Counted from the first letter of the stretch, positions 47,626 through 59,864 are shown. The stretch: 64,000 bases of DNA from Bifidobacterium breve (GCA_945881845.1 CAMCVN010000002.1:17947-81946), one strand, 5' to 3'. Program-made: numbers and translations. The notes: generated by a model not told the origin, from the sequence alone.

Positions 47626-48147
47626 ATGGCTGCGGCGCAGACTGGCTACCTCGGCCTCGGTTCCAACGTCGGTGGTCGCCGCGAAAACCTCCAGGCCGCC
47701 GTGGACGCAATGCCTACCCGCGGCATCTCTGTGCTGGCCTCGTCGTCGACCTACGACACCGAGCCGGTTGGCCTCGTTCTTGATCAGCCCTCGTTTCTCA
47801 ACGCCTGCGTCAGGATCAGCACCGAGCTGGGCCCCGAAGAGCTGCTCGACGCCTGCAAAGAGATCGAAGCAGCGCTCGGCCGCGACCTTGAGGGCGGCGT
47901 CCGCCATGGACCGCGGCCGATCGACGTTGACCTCTTACTGCTTGGCGATCTCGTCTACGAAAGCGAGCGGCTGAGCCTGCCGCACGCCGAAACAACGTCA
48001 CGCCGCTTCGTCCTAATCCCACTGCTGGAGCTCGATTTCGATCTGCGCGCGCCCGACGGTTCTCCACTCTCAGAGGCGCTCGTGGCGCTTGGTTTCGACG
48101 AGGGTGTGACGCGCGAAGGCGCGGCTCTTGCCGTTCCATCGCAATAA
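47626..48147 (+). CDS. folK: 2-amino-4-hydroxy-6-hydroxymethyldihydropteridine pyrophosphokinase
   Basis: YLGLGSNVGGRRENL ... SSTYDTEPVG ... RPIDVDLLL ... LPHAETTSRRFVLIPL. Confidence 0.9.
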   Translation: MAAAQTGYLGLGSNVGGRRENLQAAVDAMPTRGISVLASSSTYDTEPVGLVLDQPSFLNACVRISTELGPEELLDACKEIEAALGRDLEGGVRHGPRPIDVDLLLLGDLVYESERLSLPHAETTSRRFVLIPLLELDFDLRAPDGSPLSEALVALGFDEGVTREGAALAVPSQ

Positions 48148-48177
48148 CTTTTTCGAGGCTGTCAGACTGCGCAAGCG

Positions 48178-49134
48178 ATGTTGATCAATACCCCGCTCGC
48201 GGCCCTCGGCGCCAATCCACTGGCGATCGGTGTGATCGTTGTAATCGTCGGCGCATTACTGCTCGTTGACCTGCTCGTCTTTGCGCGCGGCCGCCAGCCC
48301 ACGCGCAAAGAGGCAATCGTCTGGAGCATCGGCTGGTTGATCGTCGGACTGCTGGCGACGATCCCCATCATCCTGCTTTCGAGCCCCGCCGACGGCGTTA
48401 ACTACGTCACCGTCTATCTGATCGAGCGCACACTTTCGCTCGACAATCTCGTCGTCTTCCTGCTGATCTTCGGTTACTTCGCCGTCCCCGCCGCCCAGCG
48501 CGGGATTCTGCTCTTCTGGGGCATCATCCTGGCGCTGGCGATGCGCGGCGTGGCGATCGTCGTCGGCGTCGAGCTGATCGAGCGCTTCCACATCGTCACC
48601 TACATCCTCGGAGCGTTGCTGCTGGTGCTTGCATGGCGGATGTACAAAGGAGCGGCCGACCACGTCGACCCGGACCATTCGCCGCTGGTGCGTTTGATTC
48701 GGCGCTTCTACCCGATCGGCGACTACCACGGCTCGCGCTTCTCAACGATCGTTGGTGATCGACGGGTCTTGACGCCGCTGGCGCTGGCGCTGGTCAGCGT
48801 CGTTGCCGCAGATATTGCCTTCGCGCTCGATTCGATCCCCGCGGCCTTCGCGATTACCGAGGACCCGCTCGTGATCTGGGCCGCAAACGGATTCGCACTG
48901 CTAGGCCTGCGCGCTCTCTTCTCTCTGGTCGAGGATCTGATTAAGCGCTTTCGCTACCTCAACCAGACGGTTGCGGTTGTGCTCGGTGTTGTCGCGCTGA
49001 AGCTGCTGATCCAAGACGTCTATAAAGCTTCGGCTCCGGTCAGCTTGGCGCTCGTGATTGGCCTTTTCGCGGCCGGCATCACGCTCTCGGTCCTCGCCGA
49101 CCGTCGCGACGGGGTTAACCCACGGCCAAGCTAA
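48178..49134 (+). CDS. TerC-family integral membrane protein
   Basis: YLIERTLSLDNLVVFLLIF and multiple TM helices. Confidence 0.85.
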   Translation: MLINTPLAALGANPLAIGVIVVIVGALLLVDLLVFARGRQPTRKEAIVWSIGWLIVGLLATIPIILLSSPADGVNYVTVYLIERTLSLDNLVVFLLIFGYFAVPAAQRGILLFWGIILALAMRGVAIVVGVELIERFHIVTYILGALLLVLAWRMYKGAADHVDPDHSPLVRLIRRFYPIGDYHGSRFSTIVGDRRVLTPLALALVSVVAADIAFALDSIPAAFAITEDPLVIWAANGFALLGLRALFSLVEDLIKRFRYLNQTVAVVLGVVALKLLIQDVYKASAPVSLALVIGLFAAGITLSVLADRRDGVNPRPS

Positions 49135-49871
49135 GCCGCGTTGGGCAGCAGCGCGGCGGGAATCGTTCCGACCGGCGCGAAGCCAGGCGCTTCGGGGAAG
49201 CAGCGCAGCGCTAGGTCGGCGCAGGGGCGACCGGCGAAGATCTCACTGAAGTCGGCGAAGGTCATCAGCAGTCGCAGGCTGGCGGCGATCTGCAGGTCGG
49301 CGACATTGAACTGTTCGCCTCCGATCACTCCGTCAGCGATCCAACCGTCGATCCGGTCGAGCAGGATTGGCAGCGTGCGGATGTCGTCGGCGTAGGTTGC
49401 GTCGGTGGCGCGGTTGGCGCGCATCTCAATCGTTGTAACGCCCGGTGCGATCAGCTTCAGCACCGGCACCGGCACAGGAGGCAACTTCGAGCCAGCGGAG
49501 TAGTTGGCCATGATTTCCGGGTGGGCTTTGAAGCTTGGCCACAGCACGCGGCGCACCAGTGGTTGGAGGACCTCGTCGCCCCAAGCCTCAGCTTCGAGCA
49601 CCGCGGCGCGCTGGGCGGCGTCGGCGGGAATTAGCGCAGGGTTAGGAACGAGCTCGTCGAGCCTCGCGAGGATTTCGCGTGAGCCGCTGATCTTCTCGCC
49701 GTCGATCTGGATTCCAGGCACGGTTCGCTTGCCAAAGAGCAGTTTCATTGCGCCCATGTGCATCGGTGGCGGGAACTCAATAACCGAGAATGGAAGACCT
49801 TTTATTTCAAGTGCTTTCTCGACCGTTGCACAAGGGTGGGAGCCGCCAACTACGAAAAGTTTGATCTTCAT
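49131..49871 (-). CDS. Glutathione S-transferase / glutaredoxin-2-like protein
   Basis: ORF 49131-50003 trimmed to ATG 49871 (MKIKLFVVGGSHPCATVEKAL ... TVPGIQIDGEKISGSREI). Its stop overlaps the terC stop. Confidence 0.6.
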   Translation of the reverse strand: MKIKLFVVGGSHPCATVEKALEIKGLPFSVIEFPPPMHMGAMKLLFGKRTVPGIQIDGEKISGSREILARLDELVPNPALIPADAAQRAAVLEAEAWGDEVLQPLVRRVLWPSFKAHPEIMANYSAGSKLPPVPVPVLKLIAPGVTTIEMRANRATDATYADDIRTLPILLDRIDGWIADGVIGGEQFNVADLQIAASLRLLMTFADFSEIFAGRPCADLALRCFPEAPGFAPVGTIPAALLPNAA

Positions 49872-49932
49872 TATTGGCGAACAGTAGCCGTTCGTGCGCC
49901 GCAAATCCGCCCAGCCCGCTACCGTTGCGACT

Positions 49933-50322
49933 ATGAGCTCACCGCCGGTAATCCCGACCTCTCGCGATGGTTTCTTCTCGACCCTCTTCGATCTCAGCTT
50001 CACGCGCCTTCTGACGACCCGCGTAGTTAAGGGGCTCTACATCCTGCTGATCGTTGTTGTCGGGATCGGACTCGTCATCACGATCGTCTCGTCGATCATC
50101 GCCGGCTCGATCACAGGTGTGCTGATCTCGGTTGTCGGCGGCACGCTCGTCGCGCTGCTAACGATCATCTACGGCCGCATCGTGCTTGAGGTTCTGCTTG
50201 CGATCTTCCGCATTCTTGAGACCAACCGCGAGATCGCTTACCTGCAACGCCAGCAGCTGCTCGCGATCCAGCCCGATGCCGTTGCAGGCGACGCTTCACA
50301 GCAGTTCCCGCCGGCGTCGTAA
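49933..50322 (+). CDS. Small membrane protein, DUF4282-like
   Basis: ORF 49894-50322 trimmed to ATG 49933. FFSTLFDLSFTRLLTTRVVKGLYILLIVVVG ... LLAIFRILE. Confidence 0.55.
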   Translation: MSSPPVIPTSRDGFFSTLFDLSFTRLLTTRVVKGLYILLIVVVGIGLVITIVSSIIAGSITGVLISVVGGTLVALLTIIYGRIVLEVLLAIFRILETNREIAYLQRQQLLAIQPDAVAGDASQQFPPAS

Positions 50323-50331
50323 GCTGGCCCA

Positions 50332-51096
50332 ATGCTGCTCGTAGTTGACGTAGGCAACACGCAGACCCATTTCGGCACCTATGAGGGTGGCGAGCTGGTC
50401 GAACACTGGCGTTTTGCGACCGTGCGCGATTCAACAGCCGATGAGATCGGCGCCGCTCTGCGCAACCTCGTTGAGCTTCGCGGCGTTGGACTGGAGCAGA
50501 TCGACTCCTCGATCGTCTCCTCGACCGTGCCCCAGCTCGGGCCGCAGTGGCTTGAGATGACGGAGCGCTACCTCGGCCACGAGATGCTCGTCGTCGGCCC
50601 CGGGTTCAAGACCGGAATGCCGTTGCGCTACGACAACCCGCGTGAGATCGGAGCCGACCGCCTCGTCAACGCCGTCGCCGCTTACGAGCGCACTCGGGGC
50701 GCCTGCATCGTCGTTGACTTCGGTACGGCAATCACTTACGACCCCGTCTCGGCTGAAGGCGAATATCTCGGTGGGATCATCAGTCCCGGCGTTGAGATCT
50801 CAGTCGAGGCGCTGGCTAGCCGCGCCGCGAAGCTGCCGAAGGTTGATCTTGAGCCGCCGCGCGCGCTGATCGGCAAGTCGACGATCGAAGCGATCCGCTC
50901 CGGCGTGATCTACGGCTTTGCCGCGATGGTCGATGGGATCGTCGCGCGGCTGCTCGAAGAGATGGGAGAGGAGACGGCGACAATCGCCACCGGCGGCCTC
51001 GCCCACCACATCGTGCCGTTCACAGAGCGGATCGATGAGATCGACGACCTACTGACGCTTGAGGGTCTACGGATCCTGTTCGAGCGCAACCAGTGA
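50332..51096 (+). CDS. coaX: Type III pantothenate kinase
   Basis: MLLVVDVGNTQTHFG ... REIGADRLVNAVAA ... VVDFGTAITYD. Confidence 0.9.
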   Translation: MLLVVDVGNTQTHFGTYEGGELVEHWRFATVRDSTADEIGAALRNLVELRGVGLEQIDSSIVSSTVPQLGPQWLEMTERYLGHEMLVVGPGFKTGMPLRYDNPREIGADRLVNAVAAYERTRGACIVVDFGTAITYDPVSAEGEYLGGIISPGVEISVEALASRAAKLPKVDLEPPRALIGKSTIEAIRSGVIYGFAAMVDGIVARLLEEMGEETATIATGGLAHHIVPFTERIDEIDDLLTLEGLRILFERNQ

Positions 51097-51124
51097 TCGG
51101 CTCGCTGAAGCTAGGCTTGCGCCG

Positions 51125-52126
51125 ATGACCGCGCCACCTCTAACGGAGCCGTTCACGATTGGCGGAGTGGAAGCCCCGAACCGCGTCGTGCTCGCGCCAC
51201 TGGCTGGAATCGGCAACTGGTTCGTGCGCCTGCAGGCAAAGCGCTTCGGGGCCGGACTGACGGTCAGCGAGATGATCTCCAGCTTCGCGATCCACCATCG
51301 CAACGAGAAGACGATGCGCGACCTGCTTGTGATCCACCCCGACGAGCGCGCCTACCCCGGCCCGATCGCGTTCCAGCTCTTCGGTCAGGATCCTGAAGTG
51401 ATGCGCTCGGCGGCGGCGACTGCGGCCGAGCATGGTGCCGACATCATCGACCTCAATATGGGCTGCCCGGTGCCGAAAGTGATGAAGAACGGCGCCGGCG
51501 CGGCACTTATCTCGGACCCCGCCGCCGCAGTCGAAATCGCGCGCGCGGCCGGCGAGGGCAGCGGACTACCGGTGACGGTCAAGCTTCGCTCAGGGCAGAA
51601 GAGCGGCGAGGCCGACGGCTACCAACTCGCACTGCGGCTTGTTGATGAGGCCGGCGTCGCCGCGATCGCCTTCCATCCCCGCTCGGCGCAGGTCAAGCAC
51701 AAGGGCTCGCCCGACTACGAACTGGCGGCCAAACTAGTCGAGCAGCTTCCAGTGCCGGTGATTCTCTCCGGTGGACTGAGCAACACTGAGGCGACGCTGG
51801 CAGCACGCGAGCAGACCGGCGCCGCGGCCGTAATGCTGGCTCGCGGCGCACTCGGCAATCCGTGGCTGTTTGAGAGCGTGCTCGGGCTTCGCAGCGAGCC
51901 GCCGGCGCGCGAGGAGATCGTCGCTGAGCTTAGTTGGATCATCGACCGCGCCAGCGAGCATCTCGGCGAAGAGCGCGCCGCTCGCTACCTGCGGACCTTC
52001 TATCCGTGGTACCTCGAGCAGCTAGCGCTCGACAAGCCAACGTTGATCGCTTTTCAGCAGAGTGAGTCGATCGATCAGGTCCGCTCGATGCTGGCCGAGC
52101 TCGAACCGTTGACCAGCGCCGCCTAA
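51125..52126 (+). CDS. dus: tRNA-dihydrouridine synthase
   Basis: ORF 51059-52126 trimmed to ATG 51125. VVLAPLAGIGN ... IIDLNMGCPVPKV ... VTVKLR. Confidence 0.85.
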   Translation: MTAPPLTEPFTIGGVEAPNRVVLAPLAGIGNWFVRLQAKRFGAGLTVSEMISSFAIHHRNEKTMRDLLVIHPDERAYPGPIAFQLFGQDPEVMRSAAATAAEHGADIIDLNMGCPVPKVMKNGAGAALISDPAAAVEIARAAGEGSGLPVTVKLRSGQKSGEADGYQLALRLVDEAGVAAIAFHPRSAQVKHKGSPDYELAAKLVEQLPVPVILSGGLSNTEATLAAREQTGAAAVMLARGALGNPWLFESVLGLRSEPPAREEIVAELSWIIDRASEHLGEERAARYLRTFYPWYLEQLALDKPTLIAFQQSESIDQVRSMLAELEPLTSAA

Positions 52127-52247
52127 TTCGTAACTGATGCCGGAATCAGGCTGCACGGACGCTCGCTATACTGCCCGCTTCGCTCGCGCCTAAGCAGTTC
52201 CAGTCGCACAATTGGTACTGGCCACAACTCCAATAAAGTGAATTCTG

Positions 52248-52730
52248 ATGCCTAAAGAAGTGATTCTCACCCCAGCTGGCCTTAAGCGCCTGCAAAAGGA
52301 ACTCGACACGTTGCAGACCGATCGACGCCGCGAGGTTGCCGAGCGGATCCGTGACGCTCGTGAGTTTGGTGAAATCGCGGAGAATTCGGAGTACGACGAC
52401 GCCAAGAACGAGCAGTCGATGCTTGAGGCGCGGATCGCGCAGCTCGAAGAGCGGCTCCGCGACGCGCAGGTGATCGACAAGAAGAAGATTTCGACCGACG
52501 TAGTTCAAATCGGAACCGCGGTTCATCTCAAGGACGAGAAGACAGGCAAGACGCAGAAGTTCACAATCGTTGGTTCGGCTGAAGCGAATCCATCCGAGAT
52601 GATGCTCTCGAACGAGTCGCCGGTGGGGCGCGCGCTGATCGGCCAGAAGCGCAATACGGTTGTTTCGGTGCCCGTTCCGAAGGGTGCTGCGCGCAAGCTG
52701 AAGATCACGAAGATCGACGTCGGTCTTTAA
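52248..52730 (+). CDS. greA: Transcription elongation factor GreA
   Basis: LTPAGLKRLQKELDTL ... AREFGEIAENSEYDDAKNEQ ... ISNESPVGRALIG. Confidence 0.95.
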   Translation: MPKEVILTPAGLKRLQKELDTLQTDRRREVAERIRDAREFGEIAENSEYDDAKNEQSMLEARIAQLEERLRDAQVIDKKKISTDVVQIGTAVHLKDEKTGKTQKFTIVGSAEANPSEMMLSNESPVGRALIGQKRNTVVSVPVPKGAARKLKITKIDVGL

Positions 52731-52750
52731 ATCGTCATGATGGCGCTCTA

Positions 52751-54220
52751 GTGAGCGACCAACCGACCGATCAACCAAGTGAACTGCTCGCCGCCCGGCG
52801 AGCGAAGCTGGAGCGAATCCGCGCGCAAGGCGTGGAGCCGTTTCCGCACGCCTTTCCCGGTGTAACGCCGATCGCCGAAGCGCAGGCGCCGTGGCAAGAG
52901 CTCGAAGCCGGCGAGGAGCGCGACGACGCCTACCGCATCGCCGGCCGCCTCGCCGCTCGCCGCGGTCAGGGCAAGATGGCCTTCCTCGACATTGTTGACC
53001 GCAGCGGTCGGATGCAGGTTCAAGCGCGCGCCGACGTGCTCGGCGAAGAGGCGATGGCGCAACTGATCGAGTTCGACCTCGGCGACCTCGTTGGAATCGA
53101 TGGCACGATCTTCTCAAGCCGCAGCGGCGAGCTGACACTGCGCGTGACCGGCTTCACGCTGCTGGCGAAGAGCCTGCGCCCGCCGCCCGACAAGCACCAC
53201 GGGCTCCAGGACGTCGAAACCCGCTACCGCCGCCGCGAGCTCGACCTGATCGCCAACGAAGAGGCGCGTGAGCTCTTCGTCACGCGCGCCAAGATCGTCT
53301 CCGAGCTGCGGCGTTCGCTCGACGATGACGGCTTCATTGAAGTCGAGACGCCGGTGCTGCAACCGCTCTACGGCGGTGCCTTGGCGAGGCCGTTCATCAC
53401 CCATCACAACACACTCGACCGTGACCTTTACCTGCGGATCGCGACAGAGCTCTACCTCAAGCGCTGCATCGTCGGTGGGCTTGAGCGGGTCTACGAGCTC
53501 GGCAAGGACTTCCGCAACGAGGGGCTCTCGACGAAGCACAATCCTGAGTTCACGATGGTCGAGTGGTACGAGGCCTACGCCGATTACGGCGACGCGATGG
53601 ATCGCGTCGAGCAGCTTGTAATTGGTATCGCCGCCGTGATCAATTACGACGGCCCAGTCGACTTTTCGGCTCCCTGGCCGCGGATCCCAATGGCGCAGGC
53701 GATCAAGGACGCGACCGGGATCGACATCAGCGAAGCGACCGATCGCGACACCCTCGTCGCTGCGATCGCTGCCTCCGACAAAGTGAAGCTTGACGTTGAA
53801 GATCGGGCTTGGCCAACGCTGGTTGATGACCTGCTCAGCAAGTACGTCGAGCCGGCGATCACGAACCCGGTCTTCATAACCGATTACCCGACCGCGCTTT
53901 CACCGTTCGCCAAAGGACACCGCAGCCAGCCCGGTCTCGTCGAGCGCTTCGAAGCGTTCTGCAGTGGGATGGAGTTCGCCAACGCCTTCAGCGAGCTCAA
54001 CGACCCCGACGAGCAGCGCCGCCGCTTTGAGGATCAGGTCCGCCTTGCAGAGAGCGGCGACGAAGAGTCGCAGCCTTACGACGAAGTCTTCGTTCAGGCA
54101 CTCGAGCAGGGAATGCCGCCGACGGCAGGCGTCGGTTTGGGGATCGATCGGCTCGTGATGTTGATGACCGGGCGCGACTCGATTCGCGAGGTTGTGCTGT
54201 TCCCGGCGATGCGTGACTAG
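52751..54220 (+). CDS. lysS: Lysine--tRNA ligase (class II)
   Basis: GTG start. FRNEGLSTKHNPEFTMVEWYEAY ... GMPPTAGVGLGIDRLVML. Confidence 0.95.
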   Translation: MSDQPTDQPSELLAARRAKLERIRAQGVEPFPHAFPGVTPIAEAQAPWQELEAGEERDDAYRIAGRLAARRGQGKMAFLDIVDRSGRMQVQARADVLGEEAMAQLIEFDLGDLVGIDGTIFSSRSGELTLRVTGFTLLAKSLRPPPDKHHGLQDVETRYRRRELDLIANEEARELFVTRAKIVSELRRSLDDDGFIEVETPVLQPLYGGALARPFITHHNTLDRDLYLRIATELYLKRCIVGGLERVYELGKDFRNEGLSTKHNPEFTMVEWYEAYADYGDAMDRVEQLVIGIAAVINYDGPVDFSAPWPRIPMAQAIKDATGIDISEATDRDTLVAAIAASDKVKLDVEDRAWPTLVDDLLSKYVEPAITNPVFITDYPTALSPFAKGHRSQPGLVERFEAFCSGMEFANAFSELNDPDEQRRRFEDQVRLAESGDEESQPYDEVFVQALEQGMPPTAGVGLGIDRLVMLMTGRDSIREVVLFPAMRD

Positions 54221-54253
54221 GCGTCTTTGCGCTGGCTCGGTGGCCACGGCCCG

Positions 54254-54262
54254 CTGTTAGAA
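54254..54262 (+). promoter_or_regulatory. Extended -10-like element TGtTAGAAT about 170 nt upstream of clpC
   Basis: Read directly: cgcTGtTAGAATgcgg. No good -35 at 17 nt. Confidence 0.3.
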
Positions 54263-54430
54263 TGCGGTATGTCCGAATTTCTTCTCCGTTCGTTGATCCA
54301 TCTGCCTGTCAGGGTCGGTAAGTAGGGTAAGAAGCGGAATCGAAGCGACCCCAAAAACGACCAGCGTCAGAACCCAGACCACCACCTCAACCGACTACCT
54401 ACCAAGACTCTTAGGAAGGACACGAATTAG

Positions 54431-57049
<2,619 letters not shown>

Positions 57050-57063
57050 CTGACGAGCCGGTA

Positions 57064-57261
57064 GTGATCAAGGTCCGCGATGACGGGCCATATAAGGTGA
57101 CCGGCCCGGTCGTTCTCGAGGACGCCGACGGCAATCGTTACGACGTTGCTGGCCGCCCTGTCGCGCTATGCCGCTGCGGCCTCTCGGAGAACAAGCCTTT
57201 CTGCGACGGCGCCCACAACGGCGCCGAGTTCGCTGCCTGCGAACGCGCTCCGCAAGACTGA
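57064..57261 (+). CDS. CDGSH-type iron-sulfur domain protein
   Basis: CRCGLSENKPFCDGAH matches C-x-C-x2-S-x3-P-x-C-D-G-A-H. GTG start. Confidence 0.85.
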   Translation: MIKVRDDGPYKVTGPVVLEDADGNRYDVAGRPVALCRCGLSENKPFCDGAHNGAEFAACERAPQD

Positions 57262-57293
57262 TCTACGGGGGCGAAGTCGTCCCCTCCGGCGCC

Positions 57294-57299
57294 TAATCT
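57294..57299 (+). promoter_or_regulatory. -10-like hexamer TAATCT placed 6 nt before the radA GTG; candidate leaderless transcript
   Basis: Read directly: gccTAATCTcgccaaGTG. Confidence 0.3.
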
Positions 57300-57305
57300 C
57301 GCCAA

Positions 57306-58682
57306 GTGGCCCGTTCAGCATCAGTCTTCGTCTGCTCCTCCTGCGCGCATCAGGAAGCCAAGTGGCACGGCCAATGCCCGCAGTGCGAAGAGTGGAACAC
57401 GCTGGCCGAGGAGCGCGCGCCAACGCGCGCGGCATCCAGGCGTCCTGTCGGCGCTCGCAGCGCCGCCAGCGGCCCTGTAGTGCTGCGAGAGCTTGCAAGC
57501 GACAGCACGCCGCGCCTGGCGACCGGGATCACTGAACTTGATCGCCTGCTAGGCGGCGGCATCGTCCCCGGCTCGATGGTTCTGCTCGGTGGCGCTCCGG
57601 GGATTGGCAAGTCAACGCTGATCACGATGGCGCTGGGCCTGATGGCCGCTTCTGGGCGCAGCACGCTCTACGTCTCGGGCGAAGAGTCGGCCGCGCAGAT
57701 CCGCCTCCGCGCTGAGCGGCTCGAGGCGGGCGCGGCGCCGGGGGCACTCGACGTCCCGGTCCTCGCTGAGACCGATCTCGACTCCGTGCTCGCTGTGATC
57801 GAGGGCGAGCGGCCCGATGTCTGCGTCGTCGACTCTGTTCAGACCTTGGCCTGCGCCGACCTTTCCGGCGCGGCAGGAACCGTCGGTCAGGTGCGCGAGG
57901 TTGCTTCGCGGCTGATCGAGGTCGCAAAAAGGACCGATACGGCGATCATGCTCGTCGGCCACGTAACCAAGGAAGGTTCGCTTGCCGGGCCGCGCGTGCT
58001 CGAGCACCTCGTTGACTGCGTGCTGCAATTCGATGGCGAGCGCGAGCGCACCTACCGCACCTTGAGAGCGATCAAGAACCGCTTCGGCGCGACCAATGAT
58101 GTTGGCGTCTTCGAAATGCGTGACGGAGGTCTCGTTGAGGTGCTCGACGCCAGCGAGCGCTTCGTTAGCGAGGCGACACGCGCGCCGGGCAGCGTCGTGC
58201 TGGCGGCGATGGAAGGTTCGCGGCCGCTCCTGGTTGAGGTCCAAGCGCTCGTCAGCCCAAGTGAGATGGTTCCGCCGCGGCGGCTCTGTAGCGGCGTCGA
58301 TCGCAACCGCCTGGCGCTCGTGCTCGCAGTTCTCGCGCGTCACGCCGGCGTCTCGACCGGCAGCGCCGACGTCTTCGTCAACGTCGTTGGCGGCGTCCGC
58401 GTAGATGAGCCCGGCGCCGACCTTGCGATCGCGCTGGCGGTCGCAAGCGCAGCCAGCGGAACGGCGCTCAGCGCCCCCGGCGCAAAGCCGCTCTGCGCCT
58501 TCGGCGAGATCGGGCTTACAGGTGAACTTCGCTCCGTTGCGCACCACCTGCGGCGCGAGCAGGAGGCCGAAAAGTTCGGTCTCACAGAATTGATTACGCC
58601 GCAGCGCGTCGGCACGCTGCGCGAGGCCTTAAAGCTCCCAAACATCGGCTCTGAGGCCGTTTCTGCACGCAACGCGGCATAG
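57306..58682 (+). CDS. radA: DNA repair protein RadA
   Basis: Zinc finger CSSCAHQEAKWHGQCPQCEEWNT, Walker A GAPGIGKST, KNRFG motif, Lon-like C-terminal domain. Confidence 0.95.
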   Translation: MARSASVFVCSSCAHQEAKWHGQCPQCEEWNTLAEERAPTRAASRRPVGARSAASGPVVLRELASDSTPRLATGITELDRLLGGGIVPGSMVLLGGAPGIGKSTLITMALGLMAASGRSTLYVSGEESAAQIRLRAERLEAGAAPGALDVPVLAETDLDSVLAVIEGERPDVCVVDSVQTLACADLSGAAGTVGQVREVASRLIEVAKRTDTAIMLVGHVTKEGSLAGPRVLEHLVDCVLQFDGERERTYRTLRAIKNRFGATNDVGVFEMRDGGLVEVLDASERFVSEATRAPGSVVLAAMEGSRPLLVEVQALVSPSEMVPPRRLCSGVDRNRLALVLAVLARHAGVSTGSADVFVNVVGGVRVDEPGADLAIALAVASAASGTALSAPGAKPLCAFGEIGLTGELRSVAHHLRREQEAEKFGLTELITPQRVGTLREALKLPNIGSEAVSARNAA

Positions 58683-58718
58683 CGCCAAGCGTTAACAGCT
58701 CTGGTAGAATGTGCCACT

Positions 58719-59831
58719 ATGGCGCGTCAATCAGGGGGAGATTCAGCTGACTCGGCTATACGCCAGGAGACGCGTATCGTCCGTGCGCTGGAGATGGTTG
58801 CGCCTGGTACTGCGCTTCGTGAAGGGATCGACAACGTCGTTCACGCCCGCACCGGCGCGCTGATCGTAGTCGGCGACCCTGAAGAGATCAGCTTCATGTT
58901 CTCAGGCGGTATTCGTCTCGACATCGATTACTCGCCGGCTTTCCTCTACCAAGTCGCAAAGATGGATGGGGCGATCATCCTCAACGCCAATGCGACGAAG
59001 ATCGCGATGGCCAACGTCCAGTTGCTGCCCGACCCGACGATCCTCTCGCTTGAGACCGGCACGCGCCACCGCACAGCAGAGCGCGTCAGCAAGCAGAGCG
59101 ATTCGCTCGTGATCGCGGTCTCCCAGCGCCGTGAGATTGTCTCGCTCTATGTCGAAGGAGCGAAGTACATCCTTGAAGACATCCCGACCGTGCTGGCGAA
59201 GGCCAACCAGGCGCTCGCGACGCTCGACAAGTACCGCCTGCGGCTCGATCAAGTTTCAACGAGGCTGACGGCGCTCGAGTTTGAGGGCGGCGCAACGTTG
59301 CACGACGTGCTGACCGTCCTCCAGCGCTCCGAACTGGTCACGAGGATGGCCGCAGAGATCGAGAGCTACATCGTTGAGCTTGGCGCCGAAGGGCGTCTGA
59401 TTGAGATGCAGCTCGAGGAGACGCTCTACGGCACCGCCGCCGACAAGGCCGCGCTGGTTCACGATTACCTCGTTGACGAGAGCGACGACAACTTCGCGCT
59501 CGCGCTTGAGCAGCTGGGCCGAATTGACCATCAGGATCTACTCGACTTTGGCCGCCTCGCCGAACTGCTCGGCTACGACCGCAAGGTCAACACGATCGAC
59601 CATCCGGTATCGCCGCGCGGCTACCGGATCCTCGGTTTCATTCCGCGACTGCCGAAGCTGGTTGTCGCCAACATCGTTGCTTCCACAGGTGGACTCGAGG
59701 AGCTGCTCGCCGTCGGCGATGCGCAGCTCGAGAGCATCGAGGGAGTTGGCGAGATGCGTGCGAAGGAGATCCGCGAGGGGCTGCGCCGCTTGCAGGAGCT
59801 CAATCTCGTTGATCGCTACACGCAGAGCTAG
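58719..59831 (+). CDS. disA: DNA integrity scanning protein DisA (diadenylate cyclase)
   Basis: DAC motifs MDGAIIL and GTRHRTAERVS. C-terminal HhH region. Confidence 0.9.
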   Translation: MARQSGGDSADSAIRQETRIVRALEMVAPGTALREGIDNVVHARTGALIVVGDPEEISFMFSGGIRLDIDYSPAFLYQVAKMDGAIILNANATKIAMANVQLLPDPTILSLETGTRHRTAERVSKQSDSLVIAVSQRREIVSLYVEGAKYILEDIPTVLAKANQALATLDKYRLRLDQVSTRLTALEFEGGATLHDVLTVLQRSELVTRMAAEIESYIVELGAEGRLIEMQLEETLYGTAADKAALVHDYLVDESDDNFALALEQLGRIDHQDLLDFGRLAELLGYDRKVNTIDHPVSPRGYRILGFIPRLPKLVVANIVASTGGLEELLAVGDAQLESIEGVGEMRAKEIREGLRRLQELNLVDRYTQS

Positions 59832-59864
59832 AAATACTTAACCCGTTGACAGTGCGGTCTGGGA

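Noticed and set aside
52146-53138. 330-aa minus-strand ORF
   Set aside because: It is antisense to greA and lysS. It has Arg-rich low-complexity composition.
54258-54317. 19-codon ATG-initiated frame in the lysS-clpC gap
   Set aside because: It is too short, has no ribosome-binding site and has no recognisable features. It was noted only while checking for an lsr2-like gene.
57612-58547. 311-aa minus-strand ORF (and the similar 406-aa ORF at 61730-62950)
   Set aside because: These are antisense to radA and cysS respectively. Both sense genes carry unambiguous motifs.
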